DNA of 32,000 nucleotides, from assembly GCA_002794465.1 (NCBI GenBank), contig MTSL01000046.1, positions 2,578 through 34,577 of the forward strand. Reading direction: 5' to 3'. The position numbers and the translations under genes were made by a program. Below the pieces are notes generated by a model. The model worked only from the letters and a program-made list of their open reading frames with translations. It had not been told where the DNA came from and ran no database searches. The stretch comes from Paramicrosporidium saccamoebae KSL3 (taxonomy: Eukaryota; Fungi; Cryptomycota). Positions 9,685 through 19,442 of the stretch are shown piece after piece; the first letter of the stretch is position 1, and every line of letters starts with the position of its first letter.

Positions 9685-10659
9685 ATGATTCCCGAAAAGC
9701 TACGGTCGGGCTCGGTTCCTGGGACGCCACGCTCTGATTCTATTCCGGGAAAGTTGCGGTCTGATTCTTTGCTTCCAGGAACCTCTGCGCTGCCTCTCTT
9801 CCAGTCAAGTTTACTGATTTCCAATGAGCGGTGTTTACCTCTGCTAACTTGCAACGAGCTGTGTATTGGATTTGTGTCGGCTATAAACATCCCGCTCTTC
9901 CGAAATAGCAAGTATTTTTCCTACACCAAGATTGACAAAACACGGGTTCTTAAACTAAAATCACCACACTTGACCGAGGCAGGATTGGACGGGTTTGTTG
10001 CTGAGCTGCGCAAAAAGGGGCTCATTAGCGTGGAAGGTACCGATCCAGTGAGCGTGTTTGCAGACCGAGGCTCCCAGCCTATTTGCCGTGTAGAGAGAGG
10101 GATTCTGGAACTATTGGGAGCTAAAACGTCCCGGGTTAGCGTGGTGGCATTCAGTGGAAAAAGTCGCAACTGCAAAATTCTGCTTGGGAAGAGGCAACCA
10201 ACGGCTATGGCCAACCCTGCCAAGTACCAGCTATTGTTATCTTTCGACTACGATAGACTAACCGTTACGCGGGAAGAGTTGGCTGAAATTGCATATCGTG
10301 GTATTGAACTACAACCAGATTCATATGGAAAGTTGAAATCGGCTGGCCTAAAGACCTTTGCAAAGAAGACGGCTAGTGGAGTCTCGAGAATTTCCACGCA
10401 CACCTACGAAATCGATATTACGGACAGCCCATTATTTGCGCCCAAAGTCACTCAGGTTATAGAAGCTTATGAGACTGTGCCAATCCACACTGTTCTGGAT
10501 AAATGCCATGCCGGTGTTGTCTGCTGCCATGACATTCCGATCATTGTCGACTTTTGTATAAGACATGGAATCATAACCCCCGAAACTGATGAACAGTTTG
10601 TCCTGGTGAATCAAACTTTAAACTACGACATGCACAGGCTATACAAAAAAGAGCTTTAA
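9685..10659 (+). CDS. YJR142W/NUDX20-like Nudix-fold protein with a degenerate Nudix box
   Basis: ATG at 9685. VERGILELLG, KILLGKR and the C-terminal IIVDFCIRHGIITPETDE match the family pattern ERAA..LFG / WI.RR / DFLIRHGIITPE as remembered. The KExxEE helix is absent. Confidence 0.7.
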   Translation: MIPEKLRSGSVPGTPRSDSIPGKLRSDSLLPGTSALPLFQSSLLISNERCLPLLTCNELCIGFVSAINIPLFRNSKYFSYTKIDKTRVLKLKSPHLTEAGLDGFVAELRKKGLISVEGTDPVSVFADRGSQPICRVERGILELLGAKTSRVSVVAFSGKSRNCKILLGKRQPTAMANPAKYQLLLSFDYDRLTVTREELAEIAYRGIELQPDSYGKLKSAGLKTFAKKTASGVSRISTHTYEIDITDSPLFAPKVTQVIEAYETVPIHTVLDKCHAGVVCCHDIPIIVDFCIRHGIITPETDEQFVLVNQTLNYDMHRLYKKEL

Positions 10660-10673
10660 AGTTTTGCAAATAT

Positions 10674-11548
10674 TTACTTTCGCTTCTTAGTCTCTTTTCC
10701 ACGGTGCAAAGACCTTCGTGCTAGCGATCTCCCCAGTTTATAGAACCAGTAAAAATTGAGAATGTGTGTAGTCAGGTTGGCGGCAAGAGACCCAATGGTC
10801 CAGGGCAACGGCACGCGGTGGTGCATGGTATACAGATCTTTTAGGAATCGATAGGTCAAGTAAGAGCCGAAAGTAAGACGGACTCCTACGTAGGCAAGCA
10901 GCCCACAGATGTCATTCAGAATGATTGCCTTTCCACCCCCGTAGCCCAACTACACCAATCACTCATCAAGTCGAGTTAATTTACCTTTTCCAGAAACCAG
11001 TGCATGTCAACAAATATAGTGCTAAACTCGAACAAGAGGAATCTGCTCGTTGGGTACATCATGAATGGCCGATAGCAGCTGAGAATCCCTCCTAATCCGA
11101 GAAGGGCATGCACAAAGAACCCTTTTCCATACTGACGAATATACCAAGCACAGCACATTACATCCCACAAAAAATAGCCCACGGAGAAGGAGAACATGGA
11201 CCCAAATTCACGAGAGTATCCAAACACGCGGTCTTCGATAGTGTGCGCCAGCTCGTTATCATACCACAGACTGAGACTCCAACAACAAACAATGATGGCG
11301 TGGAGGAAGGAGGCTGCCATGTGGCCCCACTTGGCGCGCGCGTGCTCGTCATCCTTCAGCTTCTTCTTCTTGGAGTACCGCACCAAACTTGGAGCAATAA
11401 AGTAGTACGATATCCAAGAGGTGGCCGTAAAGAGCACAAATGCTACCAGAATCTGGTAGCCATGTTGCGGAAGCTCCTTTAGACGGTTCTGTTTGGACAG
11501 AAACTTTTCAATAGCGGTCCGAATGGTTGCATGTATTGACTCGCCCAT
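10674..11548 (-). CDS. TLC (TRAM/LAG1/CLN8) domain membrane protein, TMEM56/Tda4-like
   Basis: Exons 11548-10985 and 10949-10674 with a 35-bp GT-AG intron. Multi-TM protein with SFLHAIIV, FSVGYFLWD, FFVHA and FEFSTIFVDMHWFL motifs. Confidence 0.85.
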
Positions 11549-11736
11549 CGTACGGACCAAAAAAGGAACGGACCAGGCTCGCAGCGTGGGCCAATAAAAG
11601 CCCGCCACCACGGAACAAGACCTGCTAGTTTCACAATAAAGATGGGAATATGACTATTTTCTTTGAATGAATATACCGTCAAGGACTGCGCAAAGCATAT
11701 AACTGTGCAAGCAGGCGTAGCAGCCCTGGGTTTTGG

Positions 11737-12186
11737 ATGAATTGGACACGGATTCTCTTGGAAGTAAGCATGGCCATCCAATTTACTATCCTCTGCATAG
11801 TCGGTGAAGAAGCAGATACAGAAGCTAATGTCTACGAGAAAGCCCATCGTCATCGACAAGCAAGATTTGGTAGAATCGACAATGAAGGGTTCGGGACCAG
11901 GTAACTCGGTTGGTTGGCGGTGCTAATGCAAGGTGGACAGGCTGTAAATAAGACGAATAATGCCATATGCATACTGCACAAGCCCACAGGCATACAGGTG
12001 AGGAGTCACAAGACCAGAAGCCTGGAGCTCAATCGGAAGGATGCGCTTCGACATTTGGAAGCGCAACTTGACGATATGATAAATGGTGCTGCTAGCAAAT
12101 CGAATATTGCCACATTGAGGCTCCGGGAGCGGAAGCGAGTCCAATCGAGTAAAAGCAAAAAGAAGCACATTACCCTCGAGACGTGA
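11737..12186 (+). CDS. Mitochondrial peptidyl-tRNA hydrolase / ribosome-rescue factor (C12orf65/mtRF-R-like, RF-1 domain)
   Basis: Exons 11737-11763, 11801-11900 and 11933-12186 (introns of 37 and 32 bp) give 126 aa. Splicing restores KGSGPGGQAVNKT, followed by HKPTGIQV and RSLELNRK, a basic C-tail and a presequence-like N-terminus. Confidence 0.85.
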
Positions 12187-12303
12187 TAAAACATGAAACG
12201 ATCCGCTATATTTAAGAAATACTGACACGTTTGATAAAAAGAGTTTGGCACTTGAGAGGCATTATAGCCGCTATGCAACTATACAGCTATAACGAAATAA
12301 TAG

Positions 12304-12467
12304 TGTGGCGTAGAAGATTGATTAGTTGGGTATATGACGTAGAGAGTTGATTAGTTGCTGGGTATCTAAGGTCAGTGAGATTTGTATCCATACTATTATA
12401 GGATTAGCAGTAAACAGACCCCCCTTCCCGTCTGACAGTCCATACTATTCATCCCCACTACGCGACA
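12304..12467 (-). mobile_element. 164-bp element, copy 2 (inverted relative to copy 1)
   Basis: TGTGGCGTAG...CTACGCGACA with a 4-bp TSD ATAG (12300-12303 and 12468-12471). Confidence 0.85.
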
Positions 12468-12554
12468 ATAGTACAATATACAATATCAAAGAGTAAGAGT
12501 ATATCTAACGGGCCAAAAATCCCAAGAGTCTTTATCACAATCCGCTTATAATCC

Positions 12555-12607
12555 TCATACAACGCCCATATTATCTTCACACAACGCCCATATTATCTTC
12601 ATACAAC
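12555..12607. repeat. 22-bp tandem repeat x2.4
   Basis: tcatacaacgcccatattatct / tcacacaacgcccatattatct / tcatacaac, upstream of DID2. Confidence 0.8.
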
Positions 12608-12734
12608 TTTTACATGGCCCTCACACAATTCCCAAGTGTCAGTTCGTTTTTGGTGTTTACTATAGGCCGCACTTCATTGGACAGTCACCAGCTTATATTT
12701 TCCGTACCCTCGTGGCCTTTACAACACTTTTGAG

Positions 12735-13625
12735 ATGGGACTCGAACGTAAGCACTGATGACAGAGTATTTAAGGGTCATGTAGAGCAGCTATTCACCAT
12801 GAAGGCACATTGTAACTCGAGTTTCTAATATTGGTTAGCTTGCGAGCAAGCAAATGGCCCGCAACGCCAGAAAATGCGAAAAGGAGGAGGCCGCACAGAA
12901 AATCCAGGTTAAAAAGGTGCCCATCCCACCACCTGTATTCACACAAGGTAGGCTATAGAAAAGGGCAATCCGGAGATGGCAAGGATATATGCTACCAACG
13001 CTATCCGGAAAAAGAACGAAGCCCTCAACTATTTGAAGATGAGTGCCCGTTTCGACACGGTGGCCTCTCAAATCAGCTCTGCAGTCACGACAGGAATGGT
13101 AACAACAATTTTGGGGCAACTAACCTAGTTTAGGTACCAAAGATTCTGGGCAAACTAACCTGGTTTAGGTACCAACGATTCTGGGGGTCTAAGCTAGTTT
13201 AGGTATCAACAATTTTGGGGAATCTAACTTATTTTAGGTGTCAAAGACCATGTCCAACGTTGTCTCTGGATTGGAAAAGGCCGTTGCTACTGACAATGTC
13301 GAAAAAGTATACCCTCGCCGTATCAGTGGGTTTGATCATTCTGTAGATGTCTCTAATGATGGACCAATTTGAAGAACAATGTGGAATGCTCAACACTCAG
13401 ACGTCCTACATGGACAGTGCCATGTCTACTAGCGGTCAGCTGACCACGCCGATGGACCAAGTGGATGAGCTCATCCAGCAAGTCGGCGATTCTCATGGCC
13501 TAGACGTCAAGATGGCACTCAGAAGCTCCGAAGCGCCTTCTGGATCGCCAATTGCAAATGCCTCAGTTGCTGATCAGAATGACGAACTGACCCAACGCCT
13601 CAATGCCCTACGAGGCGGAATTTGA
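12735..13625 (+). CDS. DID2: ESCRT-III accessory subunit Did2/Vps46/CHMP1 (Snf7 family)
   Basis: Exons 12735-12747, 12785-12804, 12839-12916, 12952-13098, 13238-13306 and 13347-13625 give 201 aa: [19 protein letters not shown]...[26 protein letters not shown]...MDQFE...[11 protein letters not shown]. Intron 2 is GC-AG. Confidence 0.92.
13099..13237 (+). repeat. Composite intron made of four tandem mini-intron units (35+35+34+35 bp)
   Basis: Units are 13099-13133, 13134-13168, 13169-13202 and 13203-13237. Each starts GTA, carries CTAAC (CTAAG in unit 3) and ends TTTAG. Confidence 0.92.
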
Positions 13626-13676
13626 ACGATGGGATAAAGTGCAAAATAAATATTAGTTCTACTACTATCACTTTGT

Positions 13677-15474
13677 CTAAAATTTGACGGAGCGCGAAAC
13701 GTTTGTGCGGATACCCGAAGTCTCTCCAGAATACTGTTTGGATGCCCCACTGGCAACAGATTTGAACGACTTTATCTTTTTCTGGGCACTCTCCCACTTT
13801 TGGCGTTGACGTACGCGAGGATTCCTAACCTCCTTGGGACGATGGGGAGTAAGTCCCTTATTCTTCATCATCTCATAGGTGACGGGACGATCTGCGCCGG
13901 GAGTAGAGTCACGGAGAGAACGATACTGAACCGGCTTGGACTGAGGACCGCTCTTCTTGAAGGACGAGCGAGCCTTGGCCATTTTGTACATGTCGTCTTC
14001 ATATTCTCCAAGATCATCCTCAATTTCAGACATGTCCGAGGCAATTTCATCGTCAACCTGTGAAGTCTTCTTTTGCTTCTTTGGTCTCTTGGCAGGTACG
14101 TCATCATCTCCTCCTGTACGTTTGCTCTTTGCAGCCTTGGTTCCCAACAGACGATCAAGAGCGCTCTTTCCCGACTTGCCAGTCTTTTCGGTTTCTCTGA
14201 AAAAGTCGTTAAGATCCTCGAGCTCATCCACCGGCTTTGCCTGTTGCTTCTCAATTTGGCGAAGCTCTTTCTTGGAGAGAGTGAGACGCAAAAAGTTGTC
14301 CTCTTCATACTCATCACGTTTCTTTGAGGAAGATCCCTGCTTGCTACGGCCATAAACCGGGTCAGTACTCTCTTCCTCTGGACAGTCTTCAAGATCAGCT
14401 TGGATATCTGCAAGCAGTCGGGATCGAGAAGCCAATATCTTTTCCCGCTCATCCAGCTTGTCCACCTTGCTCTTGGAGTCTCTGAAATGAACGGGGGCGA
14501 CTTTGGGTGCCTTGTAGGCTCCCGAGTCTGACTCGTCGCTGCTACCCGCCGATTCAAGACGGTCCAAGTTGGGACGGAAGGCAAGACTCTTTTCATCTTC
14601 ATCATCTCCTCCCGTTGCAACGGCCTTTCCGGCGGCGGCATTGAGCAGCTTATCAATTTGATACTGCAACTTGACCTCCATGGGCTTGATTTTTTCAATC
14701 AACAGACGATACTTGATCAGCCGCTCAATAACTGGATGGTCTTTGATGCCTTTTCCTTGCACTTTTAACAACAGATAATACGCAAGATTGGCACAGTAGC
14801 CAATCAAGAGCTGATACTTTGTCTCAAGGAAGCACAGTCCTTTGTCAGTCTTGCTAGCCTTGAGCTTGCCCAACACTGGTTCGATATGGTTGCGCATTTC
14901 TGCAATGCTTTTGCGGAATTCTCCCAAAAATTGTTTAGTCTCTGGAGCATGTTTCTCAATTATCTCGAGCTTTTCGTCTTCGGGGAGAAGTACCTCTAAC
15001 GATTCCACATCCAGACCAACCAAGTCGGATTCACTTGCGTACTTGTCCTCCAGTATATCATCGTCATCATCAGACAGGTCAAGAGTGACGGGTCCAGACT
15101 TTGAAAGGGCAACACGAGACTTTACAAAGTCGTCCTCTGACATGGAAGAGAGCTGTTTCCGTTGCAGCTTGCGAGCCTCGGCGGCTTCGTCCTTGAGATC
15201 TTCTGAAGAGGCATCTGCCGAGTAGAATGTCTTTTTGCTGCGTCCCCACGCTTCCTCTTCCGAGTCTGACGGAAGGTCCATCACAGCCTCTTCTGTGTCG
15301 CTGTATCCTTGCGAGCCGTCACTCTCTTCCAAAAGAATCTTTTCACGTTGCGCCTGGACTATAATATTAGAGTCGACAAGTGTGCATGTTACAGGAATCT
15401 ATATCATCGTCAGAGAATGTCTCTGTATGCTTTTTCTTCGGCGGACCTCTCGGTTTACTTTTTGCCTTGGACAT
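13677..15474 (-). CDS. SAS10: SSU processome component Sas10/Utp3
   Basis: Exon 15474-15393, a 34-bp intron, then exon 15358-13677. Acidic N-terminus, HPVIERL...KLQYQIDKL (Sas10/Utp3/C1D domain) and a C-terminal KNKGLTPHRPKEVRNPRVRQR...YSGETSGIRTNVSRSVKF. Confidence 0.95.
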
Positions 15475-15763
15475 GAACAATGGTACCAGGGTTGGCCGTC
15501 AGTGCGCGGGTGTATGTATGTTTAGTGCGGTCGGTGTGCTTAACATTATTAGCTTGGTTGGCTTTGGCTTTGAGCTTGAATTTGGCTTTAGATTTATGGT
15601 ATCAACTGGAGCGTTTTGATCCGTACATATTACGGGTTGGCCTCAACTGAGATTTCTGATCGACACCTTGACGAACAAGGGCTTGTGATTCGTAGATCCG
15701 TTCTTTTATACACACATTGTTTACAAAGATTTTATAACTGACAAAGAATATCTGAATTGGCAA

Positions 15764-16203
15764 CTAATGAAAAGTCCCATTAACACCAGTCGCATCATAG
15801 ACTGAGGAACCATAGTCGCCATGGCCCTTTTCCACTTTTGTGACTTCTTTGTACTTTTGCAGATAGAGCTTCATGAGTTGGCCATATTGGTCAAAACCGA
15901 GAGCCTCCATGGCCCATACAATATCCTCGCCGTTGATAGTCTTGCGCTTTTCCTGCTGACAGCGATCACTGGCCCTAAACAACGGTCAGAAATGCACCCA
16001 CTGTACTCTGAAGTAATAAAGGCAATAAACTCGGAGACACACTCCTGCACAGTCTCTTTGGCGTCTTTGGCGATTTTGGCATTTGACGGAACTGCCTGTT
16101 TCATGATTCGGGCGACATTCGCAATGGGCAGCAGGCGGTCCTGCTCGCGAATGATATCGTCGTCGCCGCCCTCATCGTGGGCGGCGTTCTCGGGTGATGA
16201 CAT
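15764..16203 (-). CDS. HAP3: CCAAT-binding factor subunit NF-YB/Hap3
   Basis: Exons 16203-16007 and 15974-15764 with a 32-bp intron. Sequence [17 protein letters not shown]...[24 protein letters not shown]|[18 protein letters not shown]. Confidence 0.97.
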
Positions 16204-16386
16204 TTTTGCACTCGGAATTTTGAAAGTCTACAATAATGTCAAGAATTCCCCGCCGGTGTACTGGCGTGTTTAGAGGCGACGAATAGTGGTCGTCTCTGAA
16301 TTGGCCAATAGCGCGGGAGGGTGTCAGTGCTTGTGTAGAGTCCACCACTGGTTCCCGCCACTGCCACCCCTGGCAGGACCAAATAG

Positions 16387-18031
16387 ATGCCGACGCCCGC
16401 CACATTGTCCGCCAGCGAATTTGTAGTTGACCGAGTGAGTCATTGGAAGTCGCTCAATTCAGACGAAAAGAGTCGTCAGGAGGCAATCCTCGAGTTTCTG
16501 AATACCGAAACCACCTATTACCAAAGACTAACCATTCTTCACGAGGCACGCTGACGGCGAGACTTTTGTCATCATTTTAGGTTTTCTACCAAGCCTGTGA
16601 GAATATTTTAACCTCTGCAGAACGCAGTGTGATCTTTCAAAACCTGGACGAGCTATTACTGCGGGCCGGATTGTTGCTGTCCGACCTCAAGTGTCGCCAA
16701 GCCCAGGAAAAGGGGATCGTCTCGTCAGTGTCAGATCTTTATTTGGCGCACTTGAAAGATTTCAGTTGCTTTCGCAAGTATTGTATGGGACATGAGGAAG
16801 CGTCCAAGATGCTCAGACAAAAATTGGATTCGAATTCCCGCTTTTCCAAGCTTGTAAGGGTACATGAAATTGCATCCGACTCAGGTTTTAGGAATTGATC
16901 AATGATCCACGCTGCTCCAGTCTGGATCTAGCCAGTTTCCTGCTGGAGCCAGTCCAGCGACTTGCTCGGTACCCGCTTCTTTTGAAGCAAGTATGGATTG
17001 GTGGGCATTCTGATATTGTAGATTTTGCATTTTACCGATAGAACCCAGTCTGATCACCAGGTCACTCTGGAGGCCGTGCAAGCCAGCGAAGCCTTTCTGC
17101 AGGACGTAAACGAATCTGTTCGTCTACACCAGTCTCAGGCCCGCCTTGGGTCCCTACAGAGTCAAATTCTGGTCCAGCTCGATGGTGATGTATCATTCGT
17201 CTTTTTAATTCCCAATGATTTCGACAGAACGACGTTGGATTTGAACTAGTGGGCTCTACCCGAAAGAACCTTCCTCGATGCATCTTTATGGAGGGGACCT
17301 TGTGGAAATGCAGGAGCAAGCGCAAGATTCACGCACTGCTTTTGACCGATATGCTGGTCCTCTTGGAACAGGAGGGGACAAAATATTCATTTTATCGTCC
17401 CGTATGCTCTTGATCATTTGTTCATGTCAATAGCCCCTCAGCATTGAAGAGATTACTCTGCGTGACGTCAACTTTGGCGCGCTTAAATTGAAACTCGCGG
17501 GCGGGTTAAAGAGTAAACTAGTCTGCCTGCATGTCATGCATTATAGAGGAGTGTTGTTTTGAAATTTCTCGTGGAGCCGAATCGATATGCGTTGCAACAG
17601 AAATGCTGGCAGAGAGACAAAAATGGTTCCGCGAGTTTGAAAAGGTCAAGACAAGACCAGTTCCACAGGACAATCTGATGCTTCCCTGTATTGGCACGGT
17701 TCGAGTTACTGTTCTCTCTGGAAAGAATATCCCATGTGACATGGAGTCTTATTGTTCTCTCGACCTGAATATTCAAAACACCGAGACCCGTCCAGTAGGG
17801 GGATTGAATCCCATCTGGAATCAATCTGAAGTGCTCTGCATGGCTTCATTTGATGATGTCCTGCGGCTTTCCGTATTTAATTATAAGAAATATGCTCCCA
17901 ACGAGCTCTTGGGATTCAAGGATCTGTCGCTTGATTTTTTGGAATACTACAACGAGCGTTCCACCGAGCCCATGACCGTGCCAGTAGGATCTGGTAGTGT
18001 TACCATTTCCTTCCAATATCGCCAACTGTAA
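16387..18031 (+). CDS. RhoGEF DH-PH-C2 protein (resembles the intersectin C-terminal module)
   Basis: Exons 16387-16545, 16581-16859, 16892-16990, 17022-17189, 17228-17401, 17434-17512 and 17547-18031 give about 480 aa. DH motifs RQEAILEFLNTETTY and SFLLEPVQRLARYPLLL; PH motif EGTLWK...LLTDMLVL; C2 motif VRVTVLSGKN...NPIWNQ...LSVFNY. Intron 1 is GC-AG. The start codon is tentative. Confidence 0.85.
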
Positions 18032-18089
18032 CTCGTAAAAATTGTAAAAGTTTTACCTTTCCGAGGATCCTGATGAAGGAACTAGTAAC

Positions 18090-18231
18090 TGTCGCGTAGA
18101 ATATTGATCAGTTGGGTATTTGAGGACAGTGAGATGTGTGTTCATACTATTCTAGGATTAGCAGTGAATAAGTTCTCTCCTCGTCCCTTCCTGCCTGACA
18201 AAGTCTGTGGTTTTTCCTCCACTACGTCACA
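18090..18231 (-). mobile_element. 142-bp element, copy 3 (variant subfamily)
   Basis: TGTCGCGTAG...CTACGTCACA, with flanks GTAAC/GTAAT (imperfect TSD). Shares the core CTCACTGTCCTCAAATACCCA and CACTGCTAATCCTA with copy 1. Confidence 0.8.
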
Positions 18232-18426
18232 GTAATGATCTATAAGGACAAATCAAAGACGCTCAACAAAATTGTAAAGTCTGAGGTTAGTGAAAGACCT
18301 CTTTATTGGAATCCTAGATCTGTTGTTATATCATCTCGTATAAAGTAGCGGATCGCCCATCAAAAGGCCTATGTGGTAAGCATGGTTCTTTCCCCGCCAG
18401 AAAAACACGTGGCAACGCAGACAGTT

Positions 18427-19359
18427 TTATTGATTATCGGATTGGAGATGTTGCAGTTTGGGGACGAGCTGATGGGCTAGCATTTCTAAATCGTGTGACC
18501 TCGCACAACTGGCCTGGAGTACCTCTTCATGGGTCGGTTTTGGGACATTTTTGGTCCGCTCATCCTGTGATATCGCCACATTCGTGATTAGGGAAAAAGC
18601 AATAACATTCATTCCAGCATGGCTGGCAGCAATCACCTCGGGGGTGGTGCTCATTCCTACTGCGCTGCCGCCAATGCATTGGAGGAAGCGAACTTCGGCA
18701 GGTGTTTCGAAAGAGGGACCGCCAACGCCGACATAGACGCCGCGCTTAATGCCTGTGACATGGGCTTCTTCAGCAGCTGCCTGTAGAAGATTGTAAGATT
18801 CTGGATGGTATGCACTGGTCATGGATGGAAATCGAGGCCCCAACGGCAAGTTTTCACCACGCAAAGGAGAGTGGCCCGCTAGACTTAGAAAGCTAATGTG
18901 ATCTTCAATGACCATCAGATCTCCAACTTGAAATGTGGGATCGATCCCGCCAGCAGCATTTGTTACAAGAACAGTTTTAATACCAAGCAATGATAGGACC
19001 CGGATAGGATAGACGATATCTTCCAGTGAATGACCTTCATAATAGTGAATTCGACCAAGCAGACACACAGTCACCACATTATTCAATAGACCCACCACAA
19101 GTTCGTTTTTGTGCCCAGCAATTTTCGATGTCGGAAAGTGATCCATTTTTGAGTACGGGATGGAGACGGTCTTGGTCATTTTACTGGCCAGACTGGACAG
19201 GCCCGAGCCGCACACAATTGCCACTACTGGCTGTTTGTACTCGGGAGGTACTGCGTCCCGGATGTAATCTGCAGCATCTTTCATGTTGCGTAGCTTGACA
19301 TCCATTGTGTTGGAGTCATTGTCCCATTTGCGGGCAACCAAATTTGTCTGCGGTACCAT
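18427..19359 (-). CDS. PNP1: Purine nucleoside phosphorylase (trimeric, eukaryotic type)
   Basis: Motifs AIVCGSGL, GHKNELV, GRIHYYEGH, TNAAGGI, GPSFETPAE, AVGMSTTPEV and FSLITN. Confidence 0.97.
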   Translation of the reverse strand: MVPQTNLVARKWDNDSNTMDVKLRNMKDAADYIRDAVPPEYKQPVVAIVCGSGLSSLASKMTKTVSIPYSKMDHFPTSKIAGHKNELVVGLLNNVVTVCLLGRIHYYEGHSLEDIVYPIRVLSLLGIKTVLVTNAAGGIDPTFQVGDLMVIEDHISFLSLAGHSPLRGENLPLGPRFPSMTSAYHPESYNLLQAAAEEAHVTGIKRGVYVGVGGPSFETPAEVRFLQCIGGSAVGMSTTPEVIAASHAGMNVIAFSLITNVAISQDERTKNVPKPTHEEVLQASCARSHDLEMLAHQLVPKLQHLQSDNQ

Positions 19360-19442
19360 CTTGTTTATTGCGACTGACCAGAAACGAAATTGTCATAACA
19401 ACAATATTTATTTCTAATTACCGCTGGATCCGGCAGTCGATC

